A stretch of 64,000 nt of DNA from positions 250,838 to 314,837 of IMG/VR virus record IMGVR_UViG_3300044712_000810, one strand, 5' to 3'. Made by a program: the position numbers and the translations under genes. Below the pieces are notes generated by a model. It ran no database searches, was not told where the DNA came from, and worked only from the letters and a program-made list of their open reading frames with translations. The number at the start of each line of letters is the position of its first letter. The stretch's first letter is position 1. This document shows, piece after piece, positions 27,144 through 36,731 of the stretch.

Positions 27144-27320
27144 ATGGATGGAGCGCACCAAGAATCTACTGGCAAGAACAATTCACGGAAACAAGATTTT
27201 CCTTACCTCCGTGACAATCCTTTTGAATTTGGCTTTCATTTCGATGAAAGCCCTCTTTCTTTATGTTGTTACATGAACGAAGGATGTTCGTGGATTCCCA
27301 AAAGGAAGCCCTGTCAGTAA
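27144..27320 (+). CDS. small hypothetical protein (58 aa, not in ORF track)
   Basis: AAGGAG SD, ATG at 27144. Confidence 0.45.
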   Translation: MDGAHQESTGKNNSRKQDFPYLRDNPFEFGFHFDESPLSLCCYMNEGCSWIPKRKPCQ

Positions 27321-27328
27321 TCTAGAGC

Positions 27329-27418
27329 GGAAGTGTGGCCGAGTGGTTTAAGGCGGCGGTCTTGAAAACCGTTGGATCTTCACGGGTCCCTGGGGTTCGA
27401 ATCCCTGCACTTCCGCCA
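27329..27418 (+). tRNA. tRNA-Ser(TGA)
   Basis: Cloverleaf with V arm. Confidence 0.95.
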
Positions 27419-27430
27419 TTTTTAACTAAA

Positions 27431-27745
27431 ATGGCAAAACGAGATCAGCGTCGTAGACGCAAAGATCGGGGTCGAGAATTTATCGACCAATATAAAAAAC
27501 ATCAATGTTGTGTCGATTGTGGCACAAAAGAAAACTTAACCTTTCATCACGTCAAAAAGAAGGCAGCTAAAATTGCCTCAATGCCTGGAAAACACCAAAG
27601 TATCCGGGCCATTATGAAAGAGTTAAGAAAGTGTATCACGTTATGTGAAGACTGTCATAAAAAAGTCCATAATGAACCCGTTAAAAAACGCAATCGGGCG
27701 TTAACGGAAAAGATGCTTCAAAATGTTAAAAAACATTTGAGGTAA
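27431..27745 (+). CDS. HNH endonuclease
   Basis: CVDCG...LTFHH...KCITLCEDCH..VH. Confidence 0.8.
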   Translation: MAKRDQRRRRKDRGREFIDQYKKHQCCVDCGTKENLTFHHVKKKAAKIASMPGKHQSIRAIMKELRKCITLCEDCHKKVHNEPVKKRNRALTEKMLQNVKKHLR

Positions 27746-27756
27746 GGAGAAACGAC

Positions 27757-27951
27757 GTGGCAAAAGGTGATTCCAAAGGCGGTTCCAAGGGAGCTTCGAA
27801 AGCTGGAAGCAAAGCAGCTTCCGGAAACGTCAAGCGCGGCAAGGGTATTCCCAAGCGCACGTCAATCGGCCTGTCTCCTCAGAGCCGTCCGAAGAACAAA
27901 AACAAACGTCGTCTGGCTGGCAAACGCGTCTATCGCGGACAAGGCAGATAA
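27757..27951 (+). CDS. small highly basic protein
   Basis: AAGGAG SD, GTG start; KRTSIG...KRR..YRGQGR. Confidence 0.7.
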   Translation: MAKGDSKGGSKGASKAGSKAASGNVKRGKGIPKRTSIGLSPQSRPKNKNKRRLAGKRVYRGQGR

Positions 27952-27961
27952 ATAAAATTGC

Positions 27962-28052
27962 GGTGGGGTGGCAGAGCTGGCTTAATGCGCGAACCTGCTA
28001 AGTTCGTGGGTCTTAAAACGCCCCGAGAGTTCGAATCTCTCCCCCGCCGCCA
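27962..28052 (+). tRNA. tRNA-Ser(GCT)
   Basis: Cloverleaf with V arm. Confidence 0.95.
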
Positions 28053-28082
28053 TTTTTAACTACAAACACAACAGGACACAAA

Positions 28083-28466
28083 ATGAGTAAGTATTTCTCT
28101 TTTTTTGACGAATCTTCAAACATGAGTGTAATTGGTCTTATTAGCATGACCAGTAATAAAGTACATATGTACGAGATTGATTCGGCTTTCATTGAAGCTC
28201 ATCTTAATGCTATCAAACAATCAGAAAATGAAAATCTTGACATTAATGGAATTCTTGTATTTGGAGAATGTGAAAAAAATGATAAAGATCAATTTTCATT
28301 TGGTGATGCAGTTTGTGGATTTTATGAAGGTGTAAATATGAAAGACGAATTTTTAAAAGAAGATAATTCTAAGTTTTATAAAAAATATCTGATGGAAACT
28401 GTCAATCAATATCATGATGCGACAGATTTGATTTCCACAGGCTATGAAAATGCAACAATTAATTAA
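28083..28466 (+). CDS. hypothetical protein
   Basis: ORF with SD. Confidence 0.65.
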   Translation: MSKYFSFFDESSNMSVIGLISMTSNKVHMYEIDSAFIEAHLNAIKQSENENLDINGILVFGECEKNDKDQFSFGDAVCGFYEGVNMKDEFLKEDNSKFYKKYLMETVNQYHDATDLISTGYENATIN

Positions 28467-28968
28467 AATTATTCGAAAACAATACAAACTGGACTTCTTA
28501 AAAGGAGTTCATGGAATCTCCCATTGGGCGAGATTATATACATATGGAAACATACTCTGTGATGGAAATAGCAATATTGATCGCAAAGTTGTGTCCATGT
28601 TTTCTATTTTTCATGATTCTTGCAGATTAAATGATCATGATGATCCAGGACATGGTAAACGCTCATGTAAATTGCTTGAAAATATTTTACCAGATCTTGG
28701 CGGATTAAATATAGAACAATATACACAACTTTATTATGCGTGTGGCAGACATACGTTTGGTACACCTGATGAAGTTGATGATGTGACTATACTTACATGT
28801 TGGGATATTGATCGACTTGATTTATATAGAGTTGGTAATTATCCTGATCCTAAATTACTTTGTACACCAGCTGCAAGAGATAAAGATTTAATATGGCGTT
28901 GTAGTGAATTGGCCGAACATCATCATGTGTATCATGATGTAATAAATAATTGGGGAGTAGATATCTAA
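28444..28968 (+). CDS. HD-domain protein
   Basis: HGISHWAR, FHDS, HG, CWDIDRLDL.RVG. Confidence 0.85.
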   Translation: MKMQQLIKIIRKQYKLDFLKGVHGISHWARLYTYGNILCDGNSNIDRKVVSMFSIFHDSCRLNDHDDPGHGKRSCKLLENILPDLGGLNIEQYTQLYYACGRHTFGTPDEVDDVTILTCWDIDRLDLYRVGNYPDPKLLCTPAARDKDLIWRCSELAEHHHVYHDVINNWGVDI

Positions 28969-29396
28969 TGTACGTTTGTCCTTCATGTTATGGTATTTTC
29001 AATGAATTAGATAACTATGGTGATGAAGTACTTTGTCCAAATAAACTTTGTGATGAAGTAGAACTTGTACAGATTGATGAAGCATTATGTGATGTTATTA
29101 GCACTATGTGGCGTCAAGGAATTGAAACTAAATTCTGTTGTGCCGGTCATCTATATGAGAAATTTTCAAGAAGTTATATAGTTTTAGAAAAACCAATGTT
29201 AGTACACGTTGCAAAGATATTTAAACATTTCCCTAATGATTTTACTAATATTAAAATCGATCTCGAAAATGCACCTGAAGAATGTTTTGCACTTCGAGTA
29301 ACTGATGATGAAAACTTTAATGTATTTGAACGTATAAATATTCAAACAGAATTTTTAAAGTTCTTATACATGTTAACCGATGAATATCGGAAGTAG
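28968..29396 (+). CDS. hypothetical zinc-binding protein
   Basis: CPSC, CP..C, T.FCCAGH. Confidence 0.7.
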   Translation: MYVCPSCYGIFNELDNYGDEVLCPNKLCDEVELVQIDEALCDVISTMWRQGIETKFCCAGHLYEKFSRSYIVLEKPMLVHVAKIFKHFPNDFTNIKIDLENAPEECFALRVTDDENFNVFERINIQTEFLKFLYMLTDEYRK

Positions 29397-29637
29397 GATT
29401 TATTATCCAATTGACTCCGATAGTATTGTAGTAGGTTATATTACTAAAATTACACGTGAACGTGGACATAATTTCCTTGAAATGAGTTTTGACGGATGCG
29501 AATCAAAAACTCATATACGCGAAGATCTAGTATTTGAGTATCCAGAAAATTTTACTGGAACTCCAAAAGAATTAGTCGATCGTGCAACAGCATTATCATA
29601 TTTTCGCAACTTGTGCGCCCGTAGCTCAGCGGATTAG
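29380..29637 (+). CDS. hypothetical protein (3' end overlaps tRNA-Arg)
   Basis: Operonic ORF. Confidence 0.55.
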   Translation: MNIGSRIYYPIDSDSIVVGYITKITRERGHNFLEMSFDGCESKTHIREDLVFEYPENFTGTPKELVDRATALSYFRNLCARSSAD

Positions 29638-29691
29638 AGTACTTGGCTACGAACCAAGGGGTCGGAGGTTCGAATCCTTCCGGGCGTACCA
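29615..29691 (+). tRNA. tRNA-Arg(ACG)
   Basis: Cloverleaf, CT ACG AA. Confidence 0.95.
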
Positions 29692-29712
29692 CTTTTACCT
29701 GGAGATTAACTA

Positions 29713-30015
29713 ATGTGGAAAGACAAATTCGGAAGAGATGTAAATATCGGTGATTTTATCATTTATGGCCGTGCACTCGGAAGATGTGCCGGAATATCTA
29801 TTGGTAAAGTTATTGGATATAAAACATCAACTCCAAAATATTATACTAACCCAATTGAAAAATTGCAAATTATCACAGAGGAAGGAAGCAAGACTTATCT
29901 TGAATTCCCAAGTCGTGTAATTGTAATCCCTGATTATCATCCTGACGTTCCTGTCTTAAGACATGGAGCATGGGGTGAACCTAAATATGAACCAATAGAA
30001 TGGAAAGATGAATAA
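29713..30015 (+). CDS. hypothetical phage protein
   Basis: GGAG SD; KD.FGRDV.IGD start common in phage proteins. Confidence 0.7.
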   Translation: MWKDKFGRDVNIGDFIIYGRALGRCAGISIGKVIGYKTSTPKYYTNPIEKLQIITEEGSKTYLEFPSRVIVIPDYHPDVPVLRHGAWGEPKYEPIEWKDE

Positions 30016-30190
30016 GTTAACCAAACAACAAAAACGAAAATTAGAAAAGATAGTAGAAAGAATTAGAATAACTATAATGATTATTATAATATTAATAGGT
30101 ATTATAGCATTTGCGCTCATCGCTGCTAAAAGTGGCGGCAAAACTGCACCATCGGGGAATTATCCGTTGTTGTTATTCCCATTCTTCTAG
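30008..30190 (+). CDS. small membrane protein
   Basis: One strongly hydrophobic segment. Confidence 0.55.
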   Translation: MNKLTKQQKRKLEKIVERIRITIMIIIILIGIIAFALIAAKSGGKTAPSGNYPLLLFPFF

Positions 30191-30198
30191 GAATTAAA

Positions 30199-30522
30199 AT
30201 GACAAAATATGAAAGACTCAAACAAGAGCTAGAAACAACAGGCAAAGGTAATATGAAATGCTTCGGCAATAGTATGTTACCTATACTCGCAAATCCAACA
30301 ACTAATGAATATGTAAAATGTGAAGAATATGAAGTCGGTGATATCGTCTTCTGCAAAGTTAAAGGACGATATATCGATGCTCATAAGATCACTCAAAAAG
30401 CTGCCGATGGTAGTTATTTGATATCTAATAATAAAGGTCATGACAATGGCTGGACTAGACAAATCTTTGGCAAAGTTGTAAAAGCAACTGATAATGCCGG
30501 AAATGTCAAGGAGTTTAAATAA
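30199..30522 (+). CDS. S24/S26 peptidase-like protein
   Basis: GNSMLP, GDIVF, HKI. Confidence 0.7.
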   Translation: MTKYERLKQELETTGKGNMKCFGNSMLPILANPTTNEYVKCEEYEVGDIVFCKVKGRYIDAHKITQKAADGSYLISNNKGHDNGWTRQIFGKVVKATDNAGNVKEFK

Positions 30523-30618
30523 TGTCATATATCGAAACTTCTGATGAAGTACTCGATCAAGGCGAACAGGAAATTCAAGATGTTCATGACGTTCCTGAAG
30601 ACGAAGTTTAAATAATAT

Positions 30619-30705
30619 GCAGCTGTGGTGGAACTGGTAGACACGCTAGCTTGAGGGGCTAGTTGAAGCAATTCAGTGCAGGTTCGAGTCCTGTCAGCTG
30701 TACCA
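30619..30705 (+). tRNA. tRNA-Leu(GAG)
   Basis: Cloverleaf with V arm. Confidence 0.95.
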
Positions 30706-30719
30706 CTTTTGGAGGCTCC

Positions 30720-30959
30720 ATGAAACACTTCATGGTTACACTTAAACAGAATTGGACAAATAATATAACAACTGATGATCTTCGTAGATATCTCGAAGAA
30801 GATCATGATTGTAAAATTGATTTCATATCAAAAAGTAATAATTATGTTGCTATATTTGCGACTGATAATACTGTCGCAAGTCTTTTGATGAAGCCATCGG
30901 GGATCATCGAGACTATTTCTGAAGTGCAACCCATGAAAGCGTTGGAGACAAAATCATGA
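30720..30959 (+). CDS. hypothetical protein
   Basis: GGAGG SD. Confidence 0.65.
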   Translation: MKHFMVTLKQNWTNNITTDDLRRYLEEDHDCKIDFISKSNNYVAIFATDNTVASLLMKPSGIIETISEVQPMKALETKS

Positions 30960-31183
30960 ACTGGTATGTTCTCGGCATCGTGTGTGTACTCGCATTGGTG
31001 CTTTTCTCGATTCTTATGTTCTTGAAACTAATTGTGATGAACATCAAAACTCTTGTCGTATGCGGTATTATCGTTGCGGCGGTGTACTGGTGTTATAAAC
31101 GTTTCTGTTCAGGTAGCAATACCGGAAGCTAAATGTTGGTGCGGGGTTTCGACCCCGCATCCATTTAATCCTTCGAGATTATT

Positions 31184-31480
31184 ATGCGAAATCCAGTTAA
31201 ATTCAATGCAAATGAACATATATCTAGCCTTATTAAAGGCAAAGATTTTAAACATTTAAGAATTGTATTTAATCGAATTACGGATATAGTAAAGAAAGTA
31301 TCAATGGGTAGATGTTATGGTGTATCTCATAGAATGGCACCCGGAAGTATAAAATTTCAAAAATTTACAGACAACGGCATACACTTTGTAGGATATGGCG
31401 AACGTGGACTTGTAAATTTCTACGTCATATGCGATGAAGAAAATCGGGATGAAATAATCAAAGAGGTTGCCAATGTCTAA
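31184..31480 (+). CDS. hypothetical protein
   Basis: ORF after a hairpin. Confidence 0.6.
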   Translation: MRNPVKFNANEHISSLIKGKDFKHLRIVFNRITDIVKKVSMGRCYGVSHRMAPGSIKFQKFTDNGIHFVGYGERGLVNFYVICDEENRDEIIKEVANV

Positions 31481-31617
31481 CCCACATAAAATCTGTGGAA
31501 CTATATTAGCAATCATGTTGATGTTTGGAAGTATAATCATAGACGATGTAAATTGTCTTAAAGGACTATCAGCATCAGCATGGTTCTTAGTAATCTTAGC
31601 ATTACTTAAATAACAAT

Positions 31618-31694
31618 GCCAGCTTGGTGAAGTGGCCTAACACGGGGGTCTCATAAGCCCCTATTCACTGGTTCGAATCCAGTAGCTGGTACCA
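31618..31694 (+). tRNA. tRNA with CAT anticodon (Met or Ile2)
   Basis: Cloverleaf, CT CAT AA; position 1-72 paired, so not an initiator. Confidence 0.9.
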
Positions 31695-31713
31695 TTTAAA
31701 CACTGGAGGTTTC

Positions 31714-32172
31714 GTGTTCACTGAATTACTTGGTAAAATAATAGTTGATATCGAAATAGGACACGATGAAGAAGACAATGATGCAATATATTTCTTGTTA
31801 AATGATAAAACAAAACTCAAAATGTATCATCAACAAGATTGTTGTGAATCAGTATCAATTAAAGAAATAGTTGGAGACATAAATAATTTAATTGGGCATC
31901 CAATTCTCGAAGCGGATGAATCAGTTAAAGAAACTCGTGGCGATGATGAAGAATCTGAAACATGGACATTTTATAAATTAAGCACGATAAAAGGTAATGT
32001 AAACATATCATGGTATGGAACATCCAATGGATATTATTCTGAATCTGTTAATATTGCATATGAAGATTTTGATATGGAAGATGAAATCTTAAGACTTTCA
32101 AAAAAATTAACAGAAATAACCAATGGTGATGTTGCATTAGCAATTAAAAAATATATAATTGAAAATATGTAA
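31714..32172 (+). CDS. conserved phage protein with appended C-terminal helix (IKKYIIENM)
   Basis: YHQQDCCESV, TWTFY, WYGTSNGYYSE. Confidence 0.75.
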   Translation: MFTELLGKIIVDIEIGHDEEDNDAIYFLLNDKTKLKMYHQQDCCESVSIKEIVGDINNLIGHPILEADESVKETRGDDEESETWTFYKLSTIKGNVNISWYGTSNGYYSESVNIAYEDFDMEDEILRLSKKLTEITNGDVALAIKKYIIENM

Positions 32173-32220
32173 TTGGGAGCTATATGCTCCCATTTTTTTA
32201 GTTTGTTTTTTGGAGGTCTC

Positions 32221-32466
32221 ATGGATATTAAGGAAAACACAATAATCATTAGATGTGATTATTCTTTAAGTGATCAGAGTGACTGTAAATTATATAAATC
32301 AAATCCTGGACAAAATATGATGTTCAATGTGTGTGCACATATTTTAGGAACCAGATGTGATTGGTGTAATCATCCACAAAGAATTAAAGAAAAAATAGTT
32401 GAATTATATTTACAACATTTTGAAACACATGAAGAATTTCAGAAACTATTATTGGAAAAGATATGA
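32221..32466 (+). CDS. Cys4 paralog 1, C-terminal FQKLLLEKI
   Basis: GGAGG SD. Confidence 0.7.
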   Translation: MDIKENTIIIRCDYSLSDQSDCKLYKSNPGQNMMFNVCAHILGTRCDWCNHPQRIKEKIVELYLQHFETHEEFQKLLLEKI

Positions 32467-32738
32467 ATTTTGATCTACATGTCATGTGTGATTTTGATGA
32501 TGACTTTAATCAATGCCCATGTTTTAAAAAAGAAGAATATGCGCGTATGCAATATTACCATGATGAAAATGGAAAACCCGGACATAGAGAAGCGGGAGTA
32601 ATAACTACTTGTGAATTTTATGATTCAGATAATAATGGTTGTTATGAACAATCACGGTATGTACAAAGTGTTGTAGAACTATATTTACTACATTGTAAAT
32701 CTGAACTGTTTCAAAAGGTATTAATAGAAAAAATATGA
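32463..32738 (+). CDS. Cys4 paralog 2, C-terminal FQKVLIEKI
   Basis: ATGA-coupled. Confidence 0.7.
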   Translation: MNFDLHVMCDFDDDFNQCPCFKKEEYARMQYYHDENGKPGHREAGVITTCEFYDSDNNGCYEQSRYVQSVVELYLLHCKSELFQKVLIEKI

Positions 32739-33010
32739 TAGATCTACCATTTGAACCAACATGGGTTTTATATGAATGTCCTCATTGGTTAAGTTACGCA
32801 GTATATAAATTAAATCGTAATTGTGAATTTTATGAAGAAGGTAAAGTATATGAATCAGATTTAATGACACGTCGATGTAAATTCTCAAAAGAAATAAACC
32901 ATCGTGATTGTCGGTGTACTGAAAGACAAAAACGATTAATTATTAACGAGTATTTACGTTTATTTGAAACTCCTGAGGAGTTTCAAAAGTTGTTGTTGGA
33001 GAAAATATGA
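32735..33010 (+). CDS. Cys4 paralog 3, C-terminal FQKLLLEKI
   Basis: ATGA-coupled. Confidence 0.7.
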   Translation: MIDLPFEPTWVLYECPHWLSYAVYKLNRNCEFYEEGKVYESDLMTRRCKFSKEINHRDCRCTERQKRLIINEYLRLFETPEEFQKLLLEKI

Positions 33011-33318
33011 GTGCACATCAAGACTTTATGACAGCATTGGATACATATTTAGATTTACTTAAAACCACACGTATTCGAACTATTTATTTAAATGGATACA
33101 TATATGAATTAGTATTAGTAGAAGGCGAGTTATTAGTATATGAATTTTATAATCATGATAAAAGTGATCATATTGTGTATGAAACAAGATCTCATGATTA
33201 TCCTGGTGATTGTACAATGTTACAGACTCTTATGATGGGTGCACATATGCACTCATCAGATCAAAAAATGAAAGAATTAGAAATTGATATACAGAAACGT
33301 ATAATGGAATTAATATGA
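33007..33318 (+). CDS. hypothetical protein, C-terminal IQKRIMELI
   Basis: ATGA-coupled. Confidence 0.7.
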   Translation: MSAHQDFMTALDTYLDLLKTTRIRTIYLNGYIYELVLVEGELLVYEFYNHDKSDHIVYETRSHDYPGDCTMLQTLMMGAHMHSSDQKMKELEIDIQKRIMELI

Positions 33319-33602
33319 CAGATTATGATATTGATAATATTGCAGATGCATTATTAAACAATACTCCAATAATGGCATTTAGAGTAGAATATCACTGTGA
33401 CTATCAATTTTCAACAGATCGTACAGCGTGTCCATATTTTTCAAAGAGTAATTGGTCATCTAAACGGTGTAGTCACTCGCAACATGATGATCATAAATTA
33501 TGCGATAATAAAGAAAAAATTAAGAAAACAGTTGTTAAAGAATTCATTAAACATTTTGATAATATAACAGATTTTCAAAAACTTTTACTCGAGGAAGTAT
33601 GA
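33315..33602 (+). CDS. Cys4 paralog 4, C-terminal FQKLLLEEV
   Basis: ATGA-coupled. Confidence 0.7.
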   Translation: MTDYDIDNIADALLNNTPIMAFRVEYHCDYQFSTDRTACPYFSKSNWSSKRCSHSQHDDHKLCDNKEKIKKTVVKEFIKHFDNITDFQKLLLEEV

Positions 33603-33835
33603 TAAAATTAGAATACAAATGCGCACACAGCACTTTAAAAGAAAAACGCACATGTTCAAAATTTAAATTAGTATATCATAATGCAGGTACCGAATATAAA
33701 TATGCTGAATGTAAATGGATTAAATATGGCCAGTGTAATAATTTTGATCTTATGAAACAAGAATTATTACAAGAATGTTTAGTCATGTTTGATGATAATG
33801 AACTAGTTCAAAAAGCAATAATTGCCGAAATTTGA
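33599..33835 (+). CDS. Cys4 paralog 5, C-terminal VQKAIIAEI
   Basis: ATGA-coupled. Confidence 0.7.
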   Translation: MIKLEYKCAHSTLKEKRTCSKFKLVYHNAGTEYKYAECKWIKYGQCNNFDLMKQELLQECLVMFDDNELVQKAIIAEI

Positions 33836-33846
33836 ATATTGTCTGA

Positions 33847-33860
33847 TTTCATATAAAAAT
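33847..33860 (+). promoter_or_regulatory. recurrent promoter-like motif
   Basis: TTTCATATAAAAAT; upstream context nearly identical to the 23652 copy. Confidence 0.65.
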
Positions 33861-33883
33861 AGTAAACAAGTACGCGTGTAATA

Positions 33884-33963
33884 GGTGACGTGGCTCGAGT
33901 GGTCGAAGGCACGGGTCTGCAAAACCTGTATTACCGTCAGTTCGAATCTGACCGTCACCTCCA
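33884..33963 (+). tRNA. tRNA-Cys(GCA)
   Basis: Cloverleaf, U73 discriminator. Confidence 0.93.
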
Positions 33964-33987
33964 TTTTAACTTTTTTGGAGAAACACA

Positions 33988-34158
33988 ATGAAAATGCAAT
34001 TAATGGTTAAATGTCATTATTCAAACAAACGTGATTGTCCATTTTATGGCGAAACAGAATTTCATCATACTGAAGGATGTTCACATTGTGTAACTTCATT
34101 GTGTACCAATAAGATTGCAATTAGCGATTTTTTAAAACAACTTATAGCTGATAAATAA
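33988..34158 (+). CDS. Cys4 paralog 6 (56 aa, not in ORF track)
   Basis: GGAG SD; VKCHYSNKRDCPFY...CSHC...CTN. Confidence 0.65.
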   Translation: MKMQLMVKCHYSNKRDCPFYGETEFHHTEGCSHCVTSLCTNKIAISDFLKQLIADK

Positions 34159-34159
34159 A

Positions 34160-34234
34160 GCGGGTGTAACTCAGCGGTAGAGTTCAACATTGCCAATGTT
34201 GCTGTCGTGGGTTCGAATCCCATCACCCGCTCCA
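34160..34234 (+). tRNA. tRNA-Gly(GCC)
   Basis: Cloverleaf. Confidence 0.95.
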
Positions 34235-34246
34235 TCTTTCTTAAAC

Positions 34247-34322
34247 GGGTCAGTAGTTCAATTGGTAGAGCAGCGGTCTCCAAAACCGTTAGTTGTGGGT
34301 TCGAGTCCTACCTGGCCCGCCA
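34247..34322 (+). tRNA. tRNA-Trp(CCA)
   Basis: Cloverleaf. Confidence 0.95.
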
Positions 34323-34343
34323 CCTTTTAACCGGAGTAGTAAC

Positions 34344-34577
34344 ATGCCTGCATTAATTTGGTTGATTACAGGCGCAGCAACAGTCGTGTCAGCATTGAAG
34401 TATCTTGCCGACAAACAGGAAACCGACAACAAACAAACCGAACTTGGAAACAAGATTGTTGAACAGAATTTGAAAATTCAACAACTTGAACAAAAGATCA
34501 AGTCCGATGCAGAAGTTCGCGCCAAGGCAGTTAAAATCATCGAAGAACACTACAAGCCTGAAGAGGACGATAAGTAA
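34344..34577 (+). CDS. membrane-anchored coiled-coil protein
   Basis: GGAG SD; N-terminal hydrophobic segment. Confidence 0.65.
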   Translation: MPALIWLITGAATVVSALKYLADKQETDNKQTELGNKIVEQNLKIQQLEQKIKSDAEVRAKAVKIIEEHYKPEEDDK

Positions 34578-35299
34578 TGAAACGTTATCTTCTGCTCCTG
34601 TTTATGTGCATACTTCCTTTCATCACTGGTTGTGAACCTGGTGAAGGTGAAGTTAAGTACAAAAACAAATTCTTGCCATTACTATCTGCTCCTGAAGCAG
34701 CAATATATAAGAAAGTTCAAAAAGAATGGGATTATTCATATTTGATGCCAATCCGAAATGCGATTTATCTTCGTCTTTCAGCGCCGGCTGATACTGATCT
34801 TCCATTCTATGATATTGCACCAACATTGGTGTTCATGAATGAGAAATATCTTAAAGAAAAAAATAAAGATTTTAAATCCAAAAACATACTCTTTAGTGAT
34901 ATTAATGAATCATGGTGGGCGGCATTAGTTTCAAACGTTGAAAAAAGTGGCATCGATCTCAATCAAATGATGGTTGATAAAGATAAACAGATTATCGTAA
35001 CTATTTACGATGGTCGTCCACAAAAGAATCTGACTACTCCACAACCACCAAAGGTTGAAGTAAAGAAACCTGATATTAAAGAAACTAACATCGACAAAGT
35101 TGATGTTTCCGAATTACTTCCATATACTGAATATGAAATGCTTATGAAAGAAACCAAAACTTGCAGTTACGCGACTGAAATGCTTCTTAAGAAGCTTCGC
35201 GGTCAAAGATATCTATTCAAACAAGATAAAGATGAAATCATGCGTGAAGTTCTATTCTGTAAGAATATTGAACTTCAACAGCTGATTACAACTAAATAG
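34577..35299 (+). CDS. putative lipoprotein
   Basis: Signal peptide with ITGC lipobox. Confidence 0.7.
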   Translation: MKRYLLLLFMCILPFITGCEPGEGEVKYKNKFLPLLSAPEAAIYKKVQKEWDYSYLMPIRNAIYLRLSAPADTDLPFYDIAPTLVFMNEKYLKEKNKDFKSKNILFSDINESWWAALVSNVEKSGIDLNQMMVDKDKQIIVTIYDGRPQKNLTTPQPPKVEVKKPDIKETNIDKVDVSELLPYTEYEMLMKETKTCSYATEMLLKKLRGQRYLFKQDKDEIMREVLFCKNIELQQLITTK

Positions 35300-35307
35300 T
35301 ATAGCAT

Positions 35308-35383
35308 GTTGGCGGTAGCTCAGTGGTAGAGCGCCTGGTTGTGGCCCAGGTGGTCGCGGGTTCAAATCCCGTCCGTCACCCCA
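35308..35383 (+). tRNA. tRNA-His(GTG)
   Basis: G-1 and C73; TT GTG GC. Confidence 0.93.
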
Positions 35384-35412
35384 TTTTTACACATACCAAA
35401 GGAGACTAAACG

Positions 35413-35928
35413 ATGGCACTAGAGATCGAACGCAAATTCATGGTGAAGCGAGTTCCAACAGAACTCAAATGCATCAAAGAGGTGCATATTTGGCAAGGCT
35501 ATCTTGCCAATGCTCCCGGAAAGACCGTTCGAGTTCGAGTCATCGACTCTACTCCCGGTCCTCGTATTGGCATGTTGACCATCAAGATCAATGTGTCAGA
35601 TTTGTGCAGTAAACACAACTGCCGCGAGGAACTCGAATACGAGATTCCTTTGGAAGACGCATATCTACTCCTCAAGAACTGCGGAGGCATCGCAATCGAA
35701 AAGATCAGAAAGGTCTATGTTTGCGAACATGGTTATCATTGGGAAATTGACAATTTCCTGGATGAAAACAACAGAGGTCTCACAATGGCCGAAGTCGAAA
35801 TGAAGTCTGAACAGGATTACATCCCGGACAACAAACTTCCTGAATGGCTTGGCTATGAAGTGACCAATGATCCCAGATATCTCAATGAGAATTTGGCAAA
35901 TCGCGGATTTAACACTTGGGGAATTTAA
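35413..35928 (+). CDS. CYTH domain protein
   Basis: EIERKF, QGYL, VRVR, EYEIP, KIR, WEID, AEVE. Confidence 0.92.
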   Translation: MALEIERKFMVKRVPTELKCIKEVHIWQGYLANAPGKTVRVRVIDSTPGPRIGMLTIKINVSDLCSKHNCREELEYEIPLEDAYLLLKNCGGIAIEKIRKVYVCEHGYHWEIDNFLDENNRGLTMAEVEMKSEQDYIPDNKLPEWLGYEVTNDPRYLNENLANRGFNTWGI

Positions 35929-35934
35929 CAAAGT

Positions 35935-36012
35935 GGTCTGGTAGTTCAGTTGGTCTAGAACGCTACACTGTCACTGTAGAGGTCGAGGGTTCGAATCCCT
36001 TCCAGATCGCCA
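35935..36012 (+). tRNA. tRNA-Asp(GTC)
   Basis: Cloverleaf. Confidence 0.95.
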
Positions 36013-36034
36013 TTAACTTTTACACGAGGTAAAC

Positions 36035-36625
36035 ATGTTCGACCCGGCAACTGCACTTTTTGCATCAATCATGGCTCTTACAGGTTGGGGTTTCGTAACC
36101 GCAATCGGCACTTTCGTCATCGGATGTCTCGTCATGATCTTCATGCTCGAGGAGTCGATGTACGGTAAAGGTTCCATCACGATCATCGTGTGGTACGCAA
36201 TCATCGACTGGCTTCTCCAGTGGAAGATGTCACTCTTCATCTGGAACAATCCGATGAAGTTTGGCATTTACGTCGTTGCATTCTGCTGTATCGGCCTTGT
36301 CTGGTCGGTCATCAAGCTTATGTTCTACATGAGCAAAAGACGTTCGAAGTTCCAGGAATATAAAGATTCCTGGATGAAAGCGAATAAACCAAACATGTCA
36401 GACATTGATGCTGCATGGTTGGAACACTACAAAACAAATTATGTTCAAGGCATGATTCCTTCTTTCCCGAAGGCAAAGATCATGGCGTGGATGGCCTATT
36501 GGCCGTTCTCCATTTTGGAGTCATTCCTTAGTGACGTTGTGCGTAGTCTGTTCAACGCATTGTACGATACATTCGGAAAAATCCACAGAAACATTTACGC
36601 GTACTATCGCAAGCAATTCAATTAA
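36035..36625 (+). CDS. membrane protein
   Basis: Several hydrophobic segments; WMAYWPFS. Confidence 0.75.
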   Translation: MFDPATALFASIMALTGWGFVTAIGTFVIGCLVMIFMLEESMYGKGSITIIVWYAIIDWLLQWKMSLFIWNNPMKFGIYVVAFCCIGLVWSVIKLMFYMSKRRSKFQEYKDSWMKANKPNMSDIDAAWLEHYKTNYVQGMIPSFPKAKIMAWMAYWPFSILESFLSDVVRSLFNALYDTFGKIHRNIYAYYRKQFN

Positions 36626-36631
36626 CAACGT

Positions 36632-36707
36632 GGGAAGTTAGCTCAGTTGGTAGAGCGCAGTGCTGATAACGCTGAGGTCAGTGGTTCGATCCCACTACTT
36701 CCTACCA
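36632..36707 (+). tRNA. tRNA-Ile(GAT)
   Basis: Cloverleaf. Confidence 0.95.
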
Positions 36708-36731
36708 TTTTTACTAATACACGGAGAAAGC

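Noticed and set aside
29615-29637. CDS overlapping the tRNA-Arg 5' end as an integration (att) scar
   Set aside because: No duplicated tRNA fragment or integrase is seen; likely simple compaction.
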